Shown: positions 50,189 to 61,628 of the stretch, piece after piece
How positions within the stretch are numbered: the stretch's first letter is position 1
Layout: every line of letters starts with the position of its first letter
Assembly: GCA_964187785.1 (NCBI GenBank)
Contig: OZ076421.1
Span: 35,898,001 to 35,962,000 of the forward strand
Length of the DNA: 64,000 nucleotides
Reading direction: 5' to 3'
Source: Amphiscolops sp. MND2022
Lineage: Eukaryota
Translations under genes and position numbers: made by a program
The notes under the pieces: generated by a model
Database searches by the model: none
The model's input: only the letters and a program-made list of their open reading frames with translations
What the model was told of the DNA's origin: nothing

Positions 50189-52917
50189 GTTAGATTTCAA
50201 CAGTTTGAAATTTTTAACCGGCTGTTTGAACTTGACAGTTTGAACTTGAACCCAAAAGTTTGAACTTGACCCACTGAAATTCAAGTGTTAACGGAAAATG
50301 CTTACGTAATCATACAACCAATGAGATAGCTGTCTTTTATACTGAAAAAGTAAGTTAATTTCATGGTAATCACTAGACCGATTATCTCAAAATTGTTTAA
50401 AAAGCAACTGGTAAGAATTACAAACGTTTTCGTTATATTGTTGAAAAGTTCAATTAGATGTATTCCATAGCTTTGAATAACTGGTTTGAAAGTTTCATTT
50501 TCACTTATTTGCTCCGAAATAGGAGTTTTCCAACAGAAAAATTGAGATAAAAGTTGAAAATTATAACAATATTTGAGCATATTTTGAATTCTAAGCTCAA
50601 GAGCATCAATTGAGATAAATTAAAGCGTTCACAATTGCAGTTTTCGAATCTGGACATTTTTTGGTGCTGCTAAAAGTAAAACATTTCAGAATCCATTACT
50701 AATAGCAACCAATTGAAATCTAAAAATTGAATCGAGAGCATTTTTCTTCACAATGTGAAGAAAAATACACCATTAAATGCTTGAACCAGATGTGAGAATT
50801 GAATAGCTGAACATTTAATGCCGTATTTTTTCAGTACCGATGCAATACACTAAATTAATTAGCATTAATTAGCCATTAATTAATTACTATTAAATTAATT
50901 GGACTAATTAGCCTAAAATTTCACGCCGATTCATCCAATCTTCTAAAATCATCTCAAATATTTTCATTCACGTTTCATTCGAACGAATTTGCTGTTCATT
51001 TTTTCCTGCAACCTACGAATCTTTCTAACCACTCAGCAAAATTGTTCATCAAATTGGAAAAATACTCAGAAAGGAAATGAAAAAGCACAAGAATCATGGG
51101 AATTTCAATAATCGATTTTTCCCTAATGCGTTGCATTCAATAGGAAAAGCTCTTAAAAAACGCATACAATGCTAAAAAAAATCTCAAGCATATTCGAACC
51201 AAATTTTAAAAGGAAGTGCTAGTCCTGATTCCCGCTGTTTTTTTGTGATGAAAGGCCGCTCGGCTCTGAATATCCTGTTTCTCAGTTACAGCCAGTAGTC
51301 TGAATTACGTTTTTCCGTCTTCAATAAAACGGCTCCAGAAATATTGGCCTGATTCCTTGATTGATGCTAGGCTCCTGCGGGTCTCAATATCAAGCAAATT
51401 GCATCCCATTGCTCTACACTTTTCTACCTTCTTTTCTCGTTTTCTTTTCAGGTAATAACTCCTAAATAAGATACGAATGAAAAACTGTTTTCTAATTACC
51501 TGTTTTCCTCAAACAGGCTTCTCAAAGTAGCATTTTTTTTACTTTTTGGCCGTTATAACTTAATATTTATATAGCTTTTTAAAACATTGTCTGTTTGATG
51601 TCCGAAGTTCAAAACACCATGTGACTTCGAAATTCAGTTAAAATCTCTTTAAAAATTGATTCTCGTTTTTGAAATTCCTCATTTGTCATTTCACGACAAA
51701 ATTTATCGTCAAAAAGGTTTCAAAGTGAATGATGAAACAATCAGGGTACTTCATCCAACAGAAACATACCATTCCACCCACTGGATGTAAACAATGCAAT
51801 TCATCCATTTTAAAGACATTCTAAATCAACAAAATAAGTGTTGAGCGAGAATGCGAAAATTGGTATCAAAACTTCCCCATTTCAGTTTAATTTCTAATAG
51901 TCTCAATTCTGAACTGGAATGTCCTGAATAAACTGCCGTGCTCAATTTCTGATCACCAAGAAATTGATTGATGGAATATTCGAAAAAAAAATAGAACTGA
52001 TAATTGACTTGGAAGCATTTCAAAAATCAAAAAATAGCATGTCTACAGATTAATTTTTCAATTGATAATTGACAAATTTCCTAAAATGCTAGTTTAATTG
52101 CTCAAAAGTGAATAAAACGAGCCTTTCCATTCTTATATTGAATCCTTGAAAATGCTTTTAATTTAATGATAATGAATTATGTTCAAGCTTTCCGATTTTT
52201 TTTCCATTTTGGGTTCAATCGATCAAATTTTAATTTGCTCGTTCAATTCAACCGTGTCTGATTTTTTCTTGACCTGTTTGCATTTGCTAAATTGAACACA
52301 GCTTTGTGATTTCAAAATTAATCATTAAGGCTAGGTCATTCTATGTTCTATTCATTCTACCTCTCGGCTTCGTTGTTTTTCGTTTTTTCTTCAGAAAAGA
52401 AAATTCATAGTTTAAGCAGCATTGTTGCTCTTAATTTCGAAATGCAAGTATGTATGTTTTGGTCTTGAAATTAGTTGAATTTTGTTCACATTGTCTCAAA
52501 CATTCGATTTTCCAAGATCAAAGTGGATCTTTTAGGCGTCCAATTGTCATTGTTTCGATTCCGAGCCTAAAGATATTATTTAAAGAACCAAGAAATACTT
52601 TTTCCTGTTTTTGGAGACATCATAAGTAATTTTTCCAGATTGCAATAGATCTCAGGTCACATTGATTTTATGGCGACAAATGAACAACAAAACGGAAATT
52701 TCTTTCTTTCAAGTATGAAACAACCGGATGACGTAATTATGACTAGTTTTTGCCAATTGGTAATGGCGTGACCAAAGTGTGAACAACAACCGTGATTACA
52801 TAACCCTTAAAACAGATAGTCCGAGATGTGTCGCCAGTTTGGGAAACATATTATAGGTTGACTTTTCAGAGTGGCATGTGAAAATTTTGCGAGTTACGTA
52901 ATGTGTCGGAAAATTCC

Positions 52918-53117
52918 NNNNNNNNNNNNNNNNNNNNNNNNNNNNNNNNNNNNNNNNNNNNNNNNNNNNNNNNNNNNNNNNNNNNNNNNNNNNNNNNNNN
53001 NNNNNNNNNNNNNNNNNNNNNNNNNNNNNNNNNNNNNNNNNNNNNNNNNNNNNNNNNNNNNNNNNNNNNNNNNNNNNNNNNNNNNNNNNNNNNNNNNNNN
53101 NNNNNNNNNNNNNNNNN
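52918..53117. other. Assembly gap (200 N)
   Basis: N run. Confidence 1.
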
Positions 53118-53161
53118 TGGTTGGTTTAACAAAAATATAAAGTATTGGCTTTCGAGTGACT

Positions 53162-53760
53162 TCACTTTGAAGTCTTATTTCTATTTCTTTCTTTTTTACC
53201 GGGTCTCCTTTGGTTCGTTTTCTTGCCTCGATAACGCACAAGTCCCCTCAAATTGTCCTCATGGGCAAGAACGGTGTTGAACAAGCGCAACTCGGCCTCT
53301 GTTGAGGGATGGATTCGCTTGAGGTCCTTAAGTATTTCCCCGGACCTGGCTTTTTTACGAGACAACAACAATTTCTTGGCGTCTAGCACCAGAATGCCTG
53401 TTCTGTAAAGATCTTTCACGATATTGGGGGACTTGTCGCGCTGGAGGTAAATTACGGCCTTAATGCGGTTTTTTAGGGGCTTGAGGACTCTCACAAGGTC
53501 CTCAACAGGTAGAGATTGATTATTGTTCGACCGATGTTCGGAAATGCTGTTGCTAATGCAACCGTGCCAAATGACTATGTCCTTCCTGGACGCAAGTTTG
53601 CCTTTGATCAAAAGATTTTGCAGAATTTTGAGTTTATCAATAGTTTTTGGATTGAAACCCAAACCTGGAACTGTGAAAACCTTGTGAGAGATCTTCCTGT
53701 AAGATTTTAAGGCAAATTTCGCATTAGGCCATGAAGGCAGCTTGCACCAATGAAATAAAC
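53162..53760 (-). pseudogene. SGNH/GDSL-esterase-like ORF, probably transposon-derived
   Basis: FIGASCLH (53737-53754, other frame), VPGLGFNP, IVIWHGCISNS and LKRIHPS resemble degenerate SGNH blocks I, II, III and V; intronless. Confidence 0.4.
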
Positions 53761-55433
53761 CATTGGGAGACCATTTAAATGATTTTAGAAAATTCTGATT
53801 TCTGTTTTTTTTTTGCCCGTCTTAATTTTCTGTTTACAGGTTGTGATGTTCCGTTTTAAAGTTTAAATGTCACAACAATGAGTTTTTCAAAAGTTTTTCT
53901 TCTTTTCGCAGTTTCCTCTAACTAACGGCTACGGGGGCTGTCTTCGGGTTTGTAGGGAGTAACTTCAGGGTTTGCGGGAGCGTCGGGTAACAGTGTTGAA
54001 AGAACGAGTACTCAGTTTCCTCTTTTTTGGATACAAATGAGTTGTCGTAAGTAATGGCGAGATTCAATTGGCAATTTTTGCTAGTTTGGCGGTTCTCATC
54101 TTCGTCTCGAACAAGATTCAAGGAAATCAGGGGTAAACTTCTTGTGGTCGCCAAAAAATGTACTTGACTTTGGTACATTGAAAAGGAATCGGTGTGACAA
54201 CTTTTGAATTATCATCTTTTTCGGCTTATGGCCGTTTTCTTTTTTGGGCAAGACTGAGAAGTCTTGTTTACATACAAATCAAACAAACAAAAGAAATATT
54301 ATATAGACGAACTTTATAAATAGACGAACTCAAATGTTTCAAATTAAATGTGACCTTTGTACACAGACAAAGGAATCAAATACAATTAACTCAGACACTT
54401 TTGACTGACGGAACATCACAAAAGATGTCTTTTTTATGGTGATTATGTAAACGATTACATAAGTGCAAACGAGCGGTCAAATGGATTTCAAGTACTTCTA
54501 CGTCACTCAGTTTTAATTGACATAACAATGATTGATGCTTGCAAATGTCAATGATTCAATTCGCGCGCGCACGCGACAATATCAGTATGTCTACTCAAGT
54601 TTCTTAAAAAAAGAGTTGATCCATGATGCACCATTGGCGATATGCAGTAACAGATGCAAAAATATCTGAGAAGTTACAATTTTACTATTTTATAAAACTA
54701 GAAATAAGGTATGCGACTTTCCCTTCTCGTTTGTATAATAAAGGGTTAACCTTGAATCGCGATGACAACGTAGAATGAATGAGTGAATAATTTATTTGTA
54801 TTTGTTGCCCACGGACACACAGACTACAAAACAAGATAGTTAGCTGGTACCAGACGTACTAGCATTACAGATAATACAAAAGAGAACAGAGTTTTTTAGT
54901 AATACAATATTCACGAAATTTATCAGCTGGTCGAATTTCATCATATTTGAATACGAGTAAAACAATCCATACGTAGAACCTGTCCAAACCATTGAAACAG
55001 GCTTGTCTTTTTGAATCGAACAGAACGAACGTCTGTCATTTTATGTAATTACAGTTTCTATCTTTCTACAGCTGAGGTTTCATCAATGTTTTGGACGTGA
55101 ATCCTTTTTTTGTCACCCCATGTATGAAGTTCAAAATTTGTCACGGTGGGCCTCACAAAGAGGTTGAGCCCATGTTGGAAAGTCCAAATCCTGAGCTTTT
55201 TGTGAGATATCAATCGAACAGCCACTCAATTAGCCCAACTATCAATTTGAAAACTATCAACTGTTTCCTAACTATTATTGGTTGGATCAGCGTCGCTGGC
55301 TTACTCCGATTACGTAATCATTATCAGTTCTGAGTGGAACTAAAAATGGAATGTGCTAGGTCAATTGGCGACTGCGCAATTGGCCGACTAAGTACTTTCA
55401 AAACATTGGAATTAGACCTGGAATGTAAATAAT

Positions 55434-55495
55434 AAATTGATAAATAATATATTGATAAAAAATATTGATAAATAATTGATAAATCATTGATAAAG
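55434..55495 (+). repeat. ATTGATAAA low-complexity repeat
   Basis: Five to six copies. Confidence 0.7.
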
Positions 55496-56590
55496 TTCAA
55501 TGATATAAAATTGAATGAATGAAATTAGGTTTTTTAAGAGATCAGGAAATGGAGCTGACATTCATTCAAAATCAGTTCATTTTTGTATCCTTTCGAAATG
55601 AGAACTAGTAATCATGTGTGTCACAAACAATTTTTTGATGCAAATTTGACTTTTGATTAGATGGGAGTTATAGTAGCTTAACAAAATTGAGAACATGTTC
55701 ACTTAAAGCCAACCATATTCGATCAGATCGGCTAACTGCACAGTCGACCATACCAGCGGTTGGCTAATTGCACGGTCGCCAAAATGGGATGCATGCAAAA
55801 TCGATAAATCGCACTATAAAACTGTTGTTTTCGGGAACTACAGTTCGCTTTTGTTGAAAAGAAGGAAAGCAACAATCTATTCATCAACGTATTATAGGCC
55901 GTAGTAATCGTTTTAACATTCGAAATAAATGTTCGAATCAAACAAAAGAGCAACTTGTTTACAAATATTAATAAACAATAATTAAAGTTTCGAGATAGCA
56001 AAGTTCGAAAATCAAAATATATTTTTGGAACTAAATATTTGACGGTATCCGGAACTGAACCGGTGGTCTAATGATCGGAAGGCTAACGCGCATCCTCTAT
56101 GCTATAGCGCCTTGAAAATGAACGATTTTAATCTAATCCTATTTGTAAACAAAATTTAATGGGGCACGCAACACGCACAGTCATCTAACGGAAAGGTAGT
56201 GCAATTGCACGGTTCCCGTTCTTTCATGAGTTCCGTAAAAAGGTCATTGTATTGCCTCCGCAGAAAGTTGAAGCGGCCAATTATTCACGCAAACAGTATT
56301 TTCACAATTGAAAACTCAACTGCGTTCTTGCTGTTTTCCAACAGACATCCAATTCAGAGAAACATGGTTTTCTAGCTGCTCTCTCTAGATCCATCTTGTT
56401 CATCAGATTTTGACGGCTCGCGTCAATGCTATTTGAATGGATGCTTCAAAAGTTGAATGGAGCTGCAAAAACTCATGCTGATCTTGTAGCGCAGACCCTA
56501 GTAACATAGTATCATAGATCATTTTGTCAGCAACTTGAAAAAGCACTCGCGCAGAAGACTGAAAACTATTTGCCCAGGTACTACAAATTT

Positions 56591-56652
56591 GTTGTTCTAT
56601 TCTCGTTTGGGCTGAAAAGTTAACTTTTCAGCCCAAACGAGAATAGAACAAC
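56591..56652. repeat. Spacerless perfect 62-bp palindrome
   Basis: 31-bp arms centred on GTT|AAC. Confidence 0.97.
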
Positions 56653-57901
56653 TTTGAACTGATAGACTCATGTAAGTTTTCAGCCAGCGTTTTTTAAAGA
56701 AAGTGCACGGACTAAAACCCCATTCATTTTTTTTATTCAGTCAGAACGCTGTTTTTCCGTTTCATCGACCTTTTTTAACCTCAAAACGTTGAACAAATTC
56801 AGAAAGAAATTCATTTTTCAAAACGACTGCTTTTTGGCACTTTAAAAGATAATTAAGTCAGTTTAAATCAGCAGATTTCGCCCACTCTGTTTAGAAAATG
56901 TAATTGACTATTTTCAGTGGACTCCGCGAAAGCAAATTCGTTAACATTTCAGTTGTTTTTGCTGCAGGAGTAAACGAATGTCATTCTGATTGATGCACGC
57001 AATCGAAATTACTTAAGTGCAGTACTCTTCATTTTTGTGAAAAATGCGCACTCACTTTGGCATTCATCGAATTCCATTTTTTCGCAAGCCAGCATTCACT
57101 GAAAATTTCTACAGGACCTGGCTGATTCTTGACCATCCATCGTGTAAGTAGTTCATAGTCGAATCATTTAATTGCAGTCAAATCCGTTGCAAGGTTTAAG
57201 GGAGTTGTCAATTGATTTCGCTGCACACACTCAAAACATGCATTTAGTGGATTCCGCTGAAACAACCAGGAGTCCATTGTTAGGCAATGATGGTGCAGGC
57301 AAAATGTAGGAGCTTTCGAGAATTAACTACAATTAGATTTACTTAAAGCAGCCAAATTTTGAGTTTTTCTGTTCTTTTATTCAAAAGTAGGGATAAACAT
57401 AAGTAGACTTTTGGAGATTTTCGAAGATGCTTTTTTGTTTCGAACGTGTTCTGTCCAATTCCATCCGTTAACAGCCTAATCACTAAGTATTAATATGAAG
57501 ATTCTATCACGTGAACCAGAATAAAGCATTCCTCGTCCTGAAATACCTTGGAAGCTTGGAAAATGTCAGGAGTTTTTCACAAAATGATCAAAGCTGCGTT
57601 TAAAAAATCCCTAATACAAAAAGTCCTGAAGCGTAGGCAATCTTTGCTTCGTTTCCGGGTTTCCGGTCTATTACTTTTCATTTTTGTTATAGCTTGTAAC
57701 ATTTTTACAGTTCCTATTTTTTCAGACATTTATTTTTGATAAATGTTGGAGACTTTAGTTCCCAAAAACTACAGAACATTAACCAATATATTTAGCTTAT
57801 AAATTTGTATCACAACTAAGTAAAAACTTTTAAGCCCGACCTTTTTGGTCGCAGCCGGCAGTTGGAACAAATTACCATTTGAAGACTGAAAAATACTCCT
57901 A

Positions 57902-58147
57902 CCCAGCGTTCGACACCTTGAATATCTTGCCAAGGTCTTCGAAGAATCCAAGATAGAATCCAAGATCTTGTCAAGATATCAAGATAAAACCCAAGAGCTT
58001 ACTAAGAAATTCAAGATTTCAAGATTTTCCTAAGATCTTTCCAAGTTATTCAAGAATTCAAGATTTTCCTAAGATCTTTCCAAGATATTCAAGAATTCAA
58101 GATTTTTCTAAGATCTTGGCAAGACATTCAAGATGTCAAACGCTGGG
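57902..58147. mobile_element. MITE, 33-bp imperfect TIR, TA target duplication
   Basis: CCCAGCGTTCGACACCTTGAATATCTTGCCAAG versus the reverse complement of the right end (3 mismatches), TA on both sides, internal CAAGA-rich tandem units. Confidence 0.9.
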
Positions 58148-58193
58148 TAGCACTACACCCCCAGTGGCTCAAATGAGTCATCAATGTTCCCAG

Positions 58194-58368
58194 GTGCGCA
58201 ACTTCTCCGAACGGCTGTTGGACGCCAAGAGCGGGAAACGAACCGAGTTCCACAGTCCTGTGTTCTACACCAGCAGGTTCGGCTACAAAATGACCCTCGT
58301 CCTTTACCCTGACGGCATCGGGTCAGCCAAGGGGTCCCACATCTCCATATTCCTCAAAATACTCAGAG
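58194..58368 (+). CDS. TRAF MATH (TRAF-C) domain exon (phase 0-1)
   Basis: AG/GTGAGT bounded. VRNFSERLLDAKSGKRTEFHSPVFYTSRFGYKMTLVLYPDGIGSAKGSHISIFLKILR(G): canonical SPxFYT-x2-GYK and G-x-G-x-H-x-S-x-F motifs. Confidence 0.92.
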
Positions 58369-58405
58369 GTGAGTTGTCATTTGCCAATTTGTCCCTTGGT
58401 CGCAA

Positions 58406-58633
58406 TTGTCGTAGAGCCGTTTGTAGGTGATGCAACAACTCGGACCAGGCGCCGATTTTGGACCAAAAACCAGATTCGGACCAAACATATAAATTCGGAC
58501 CAAATTTATATATTCGGACAATTTATTACAGGGGTTACAGGCTAGTTACAGGGGTTATTTGGTCCGAATCTGGCTATGGTCCTAACTTGTCTTTTGGTCC
58601 GAATTGTCGTAGAGCCAGTTTTTAGAGGTGTAT
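58406..58633. repeat. CGGACCAAA-motif repeat fragment, insertion site of element 3
   Basis: TTCGGACCAAA / TTTGGTCCGAA copies in both orientations, TTGTCGTAGAGCC twice. Confidence 0.6.
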
Positions 58634-60308
58634 TGTCGCACGCATGGGTGAAATTTGTTTATTAGTTTTAATCTGTCAAGTCCTTGTTTGCATTTTACAA
58701 GGTACTATCTCGCGACGGTTCTGTTATTGATTTAACAAGTATAAGTCCCAACAAATAAATTTGCAACTTACTGATAAGGGGGTGCCTTGCGTGTACGTGC
58801 GAACAAAAGAAATTGCGTGAGTCGCGCAAGGCGGTGTTTGTAAATGAGCTTCCCGTTTACTGAAAATGTATGGTGAATAAATATGTTTAATTACGAATGA
58901 GTTGAGAATATTGAAAGTGAACAATTTCTGGACATAGCAACATTTCTTTCAATTGTTACAAATCTCAGATTAATAAAGATTACAACTTCACTTTACAAGA
59001 AGAAGTAATATAACTTTTACAATTTATCATTTAAGAAAATGAAACTATTCACAAATAATAAGAATTTCCCTTTTTCTTCGGAAATCTTTTTCTCAAACAA
59101 AATTTACAAATCCGTACTATTTTAAACGGAAGAGTTTTGATTTAGATGTCTCTATTCAGTAGAAAGTTGAATAGCATTAAGACTTTTTCATAATATGACA
59201 CTTTAAAACTTCAATCATCCCTTTTCTTATGTGAGTTTATGTAACTTCAACCTCATAGAAATTTAGTTCTAATAAGAATAGTCTAAGCTAAAGTTTGGTC
59301 AACCGCAGAATTGAAATCAGCGGAAAATAGTCTAAGGTAAGATTTTGTCAACCGCAGAATTGAAATCAGCGGAAAATAGTCTAAGTTAAGATTTTGTCAA
59401 CCGCAGAATTGAAATCAGCGGAAAATAGTCTAAGTTAAGATTTTGTCAACCGCAGAATTGAAATCAGCGGAAAATAGTCTAAGGTAAGATTTTGTCAACC
59501 GCAGAATTGAAATCAGCGGAAAATAGTCTAAGTTAAAGTCTCAGAGAGAGTGAAATCTCTACTGAAAGGTCTAAATAGTCAGACTCACCAAACCGGAGAC
59601 GAAATTGAAGAGAAATTTCTAAGTTAGAAATTTCGTGTAAGGGAAGATTGGTTCTGGAAGTTGAAGTTAAATCAAAGATGAGTGGAGAAATATTCTAAGA
59701 TGCAAGGGTATGATTAGAAGAGAATTATTGGATCTGAGTTATTAAGCAAGAAGTTTTGTTGAGTTAAATAGCAATCGAAATTGAAAGTGAAGGCGAGAAA
59801 TAGACTTTCTAAGTCTGAAGGGGAAGATAATAGTAAAGGGAGAGGAAAGGGGGTAAAGTAAGAAAGAAGAGCAGGGGTGAGGGGAGAGAAGTGGAAGAGA
59901 AGTGAAGAGAAACGAGAGCTTTTAAGTTTAAGCTCTGTCCGTTTCAATAAGTGTCTGAATCTCCTCGCCTGCGTTGGCCGTATATATACAGCCAAGCATT
60001 TCTTATCGTGCGCTGCGTAGCAGGCATGGCTTATCTTTCACCAATCATAGTTGGTTTCATATTTCAAATATACGCGGTATAATATAGAATTCTTCACTTG
60101 TGCAATTCCTTTCTCGTCACAGTACTTCATCATCATTATTACCATCGTTATGGCCGCCGCCTTATGGCCGCCATCTTCATCTACAACTTTCTCCCCCAAG
60201 AAACAAACGTTAGTTCTAGTTCATGTTTGTTTCTTTATTTGTTAATTAAATATAAACTGCACTTTAGCACCTAATTATGTTTGTTAAAGCGTTAGTCATA
60301 ACGCGACA
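58634..60308 (-). repeat. 3' LTR of element 3 (1675 bp)
   Basis: 6-bp inverted termini, TATA-like TATATATA at 59981-59988, preceded on the minus strand by GGGGGGTGAGC. Confidence 0.85.
59277..59540 (+). repeat. 49-bp tandem repeat x5 inside the LTR
   Basis: AATAG at 59277, 59326, 59375, 59424, 59473, 59522. Confidence 0.95.
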
Positions 60309-60345
60309 GCTCACCCCCCTGGCAGGATGAAAGAAAATAAATGAG

Positions 60346-60813
60346 TTATGGGTCAGACTGAAAGAAGGGGGAGTTATGTAGCGCGAGTGACTGAGGGGAA
60401 GGTTCCTTAAATTTGATTCTAAATATTATAGAGTCATTGTTTAAGAAGGCTTCTCTGAAGTTGACCAAAAGTTTTGTTTGGGGGATGAAATCTTCTCGCG
60501 TGAGGTGAGGAAGGGTTTAAGCGCTGATGTTGGTGTCATCTAGGTAGGTCTTGTCAGAGTTGTTTGGGAAGTAGGTAGACCACTTATTGTTTCTGTCCTT
60601 TTGATCTATGATGGAGATTTCCACTTGTCGGTCGAAAGGCCATGCTCGAGGGAGGGTGAAGTTGTTTGGGTAGATTCGTAGTTGTTCATCAAAGTGTAGA
60701 TAGTCTTCTAAGATTGGATTAAGGGTGTCGTCGTCCAGGTTTGGTATGTAGAATAATAGGTTGCAATTAGTAAAAGTGAAACATTGTTTAGATTGTTTAG
60801 ATTGGAGTAACAA
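60346..60813 (-). pseudogene. Second MATH/TRAF-like ORF remnant in element 3 (one in-frame stop at 60517)
   Basis: LRIYPN...AWPFDRQVEISIIDQ...then past the stop REDFIPQTKLLVNFREAFLNNDSIIFRIKFK. Confidence 0.65.
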
Positions 60814-60852
60814 ATCTCTACACGGATGGGCAGTTTGATTTTTCTTAGAGTT

Positions 60853-61570
60853 CTACTCGCTCATTTTCATCTTCCATTTTGATCTTTTTTTTTCGATGTG
60901 AGCCGTGGAGGGTACACTGAGTTCGCTGGAAAACTTATGAAGGGCATTCATTGATGCTGCGCTAATGAGGATGCTGGACCAAATATCAGATAGTTGTTTG
61001 GGGTGTACATTCTTGTATATTGTTATCCAGGGGAGGACCTGGTAATCATAGGCTGGATGTCTTTTGTTCCGAAGAAAGCTGGTAGGTCCCAATTTTCGGG
61101 TGACAGTATAAGTGTAAACCAGGAATCTTTGTCTTTCAAGTTTTTCCTTGGAAGAGGTTCTTGGCGCAATTCAGTGAAGTTCGCACGTTCGTATAACGAT
61201 AGGTTTTGCTGGTAAATGGGTTCACGAAAGCAACTACTTTTTTGTAGAAGATAGGGATGCGTTCGCATCATTAATTCATTGTGTGAAGGAGTGAGACGGG
61301 TTTCAGACAGTGTTGAAGCCAAGCAAGGCTTCCATCAGTGTTTGGGGACTTAGTTCGTGCCCCGTGAGCAAGTATCCGGCAAGTCTGCCTTTACCCATTA
61401 TTTCGGGTGACTTGATTCATCTCGTAGAGTTTATTTTGGGTCATTTCGCCGCAGTCGAAATGAGTTACTCGCAGTTTTTTAGCAACGCTAGCGAGGTTTG
61501 GCGTTGGACGTTGTAATATCACAACGGGCGCGTAATGGGCGCATAAAAAGAGTAAGTAAAATAATTTCAT
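60853..61570 (-). pseudogene. env: Decayed, internally deleted env-like glycoprotein gene
   Basis: MKLFYLLFLCAHYAPVVIL signal peptide, then VTHFDCGEMTQNKLYEMNQV; fragments GRLAGYLLTG, DGSLAWLQHC, ERIPIFY, DSWFTL, IWSSILISAASMNALHKFSSEL across frames. Confidence 0.55.
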
Positions 61571-61628
61571 TTCTGAAATTCTTCAGTCTTTGACAATCAA
61601 TCAGGAAAAATGTTTTTTATAGATATGT

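Noticed and set aside
52866-53280. ORFs spanning the N-gap (also 31852-32064)
   Set aside because: Open only because of X codons.
56390-56580. Candidate TRAF coiled-coil exons (ILTARVNAI, QLEKALAQKTENYLP)
   Set aside because: In-frame stop or incompatible phase; no consistent splice path to 58194.
58116-58193. N-terminal part of ORF 58116-58430 as coding
   Set aside because: It is MITE TIR and intron sequence read through in frame.
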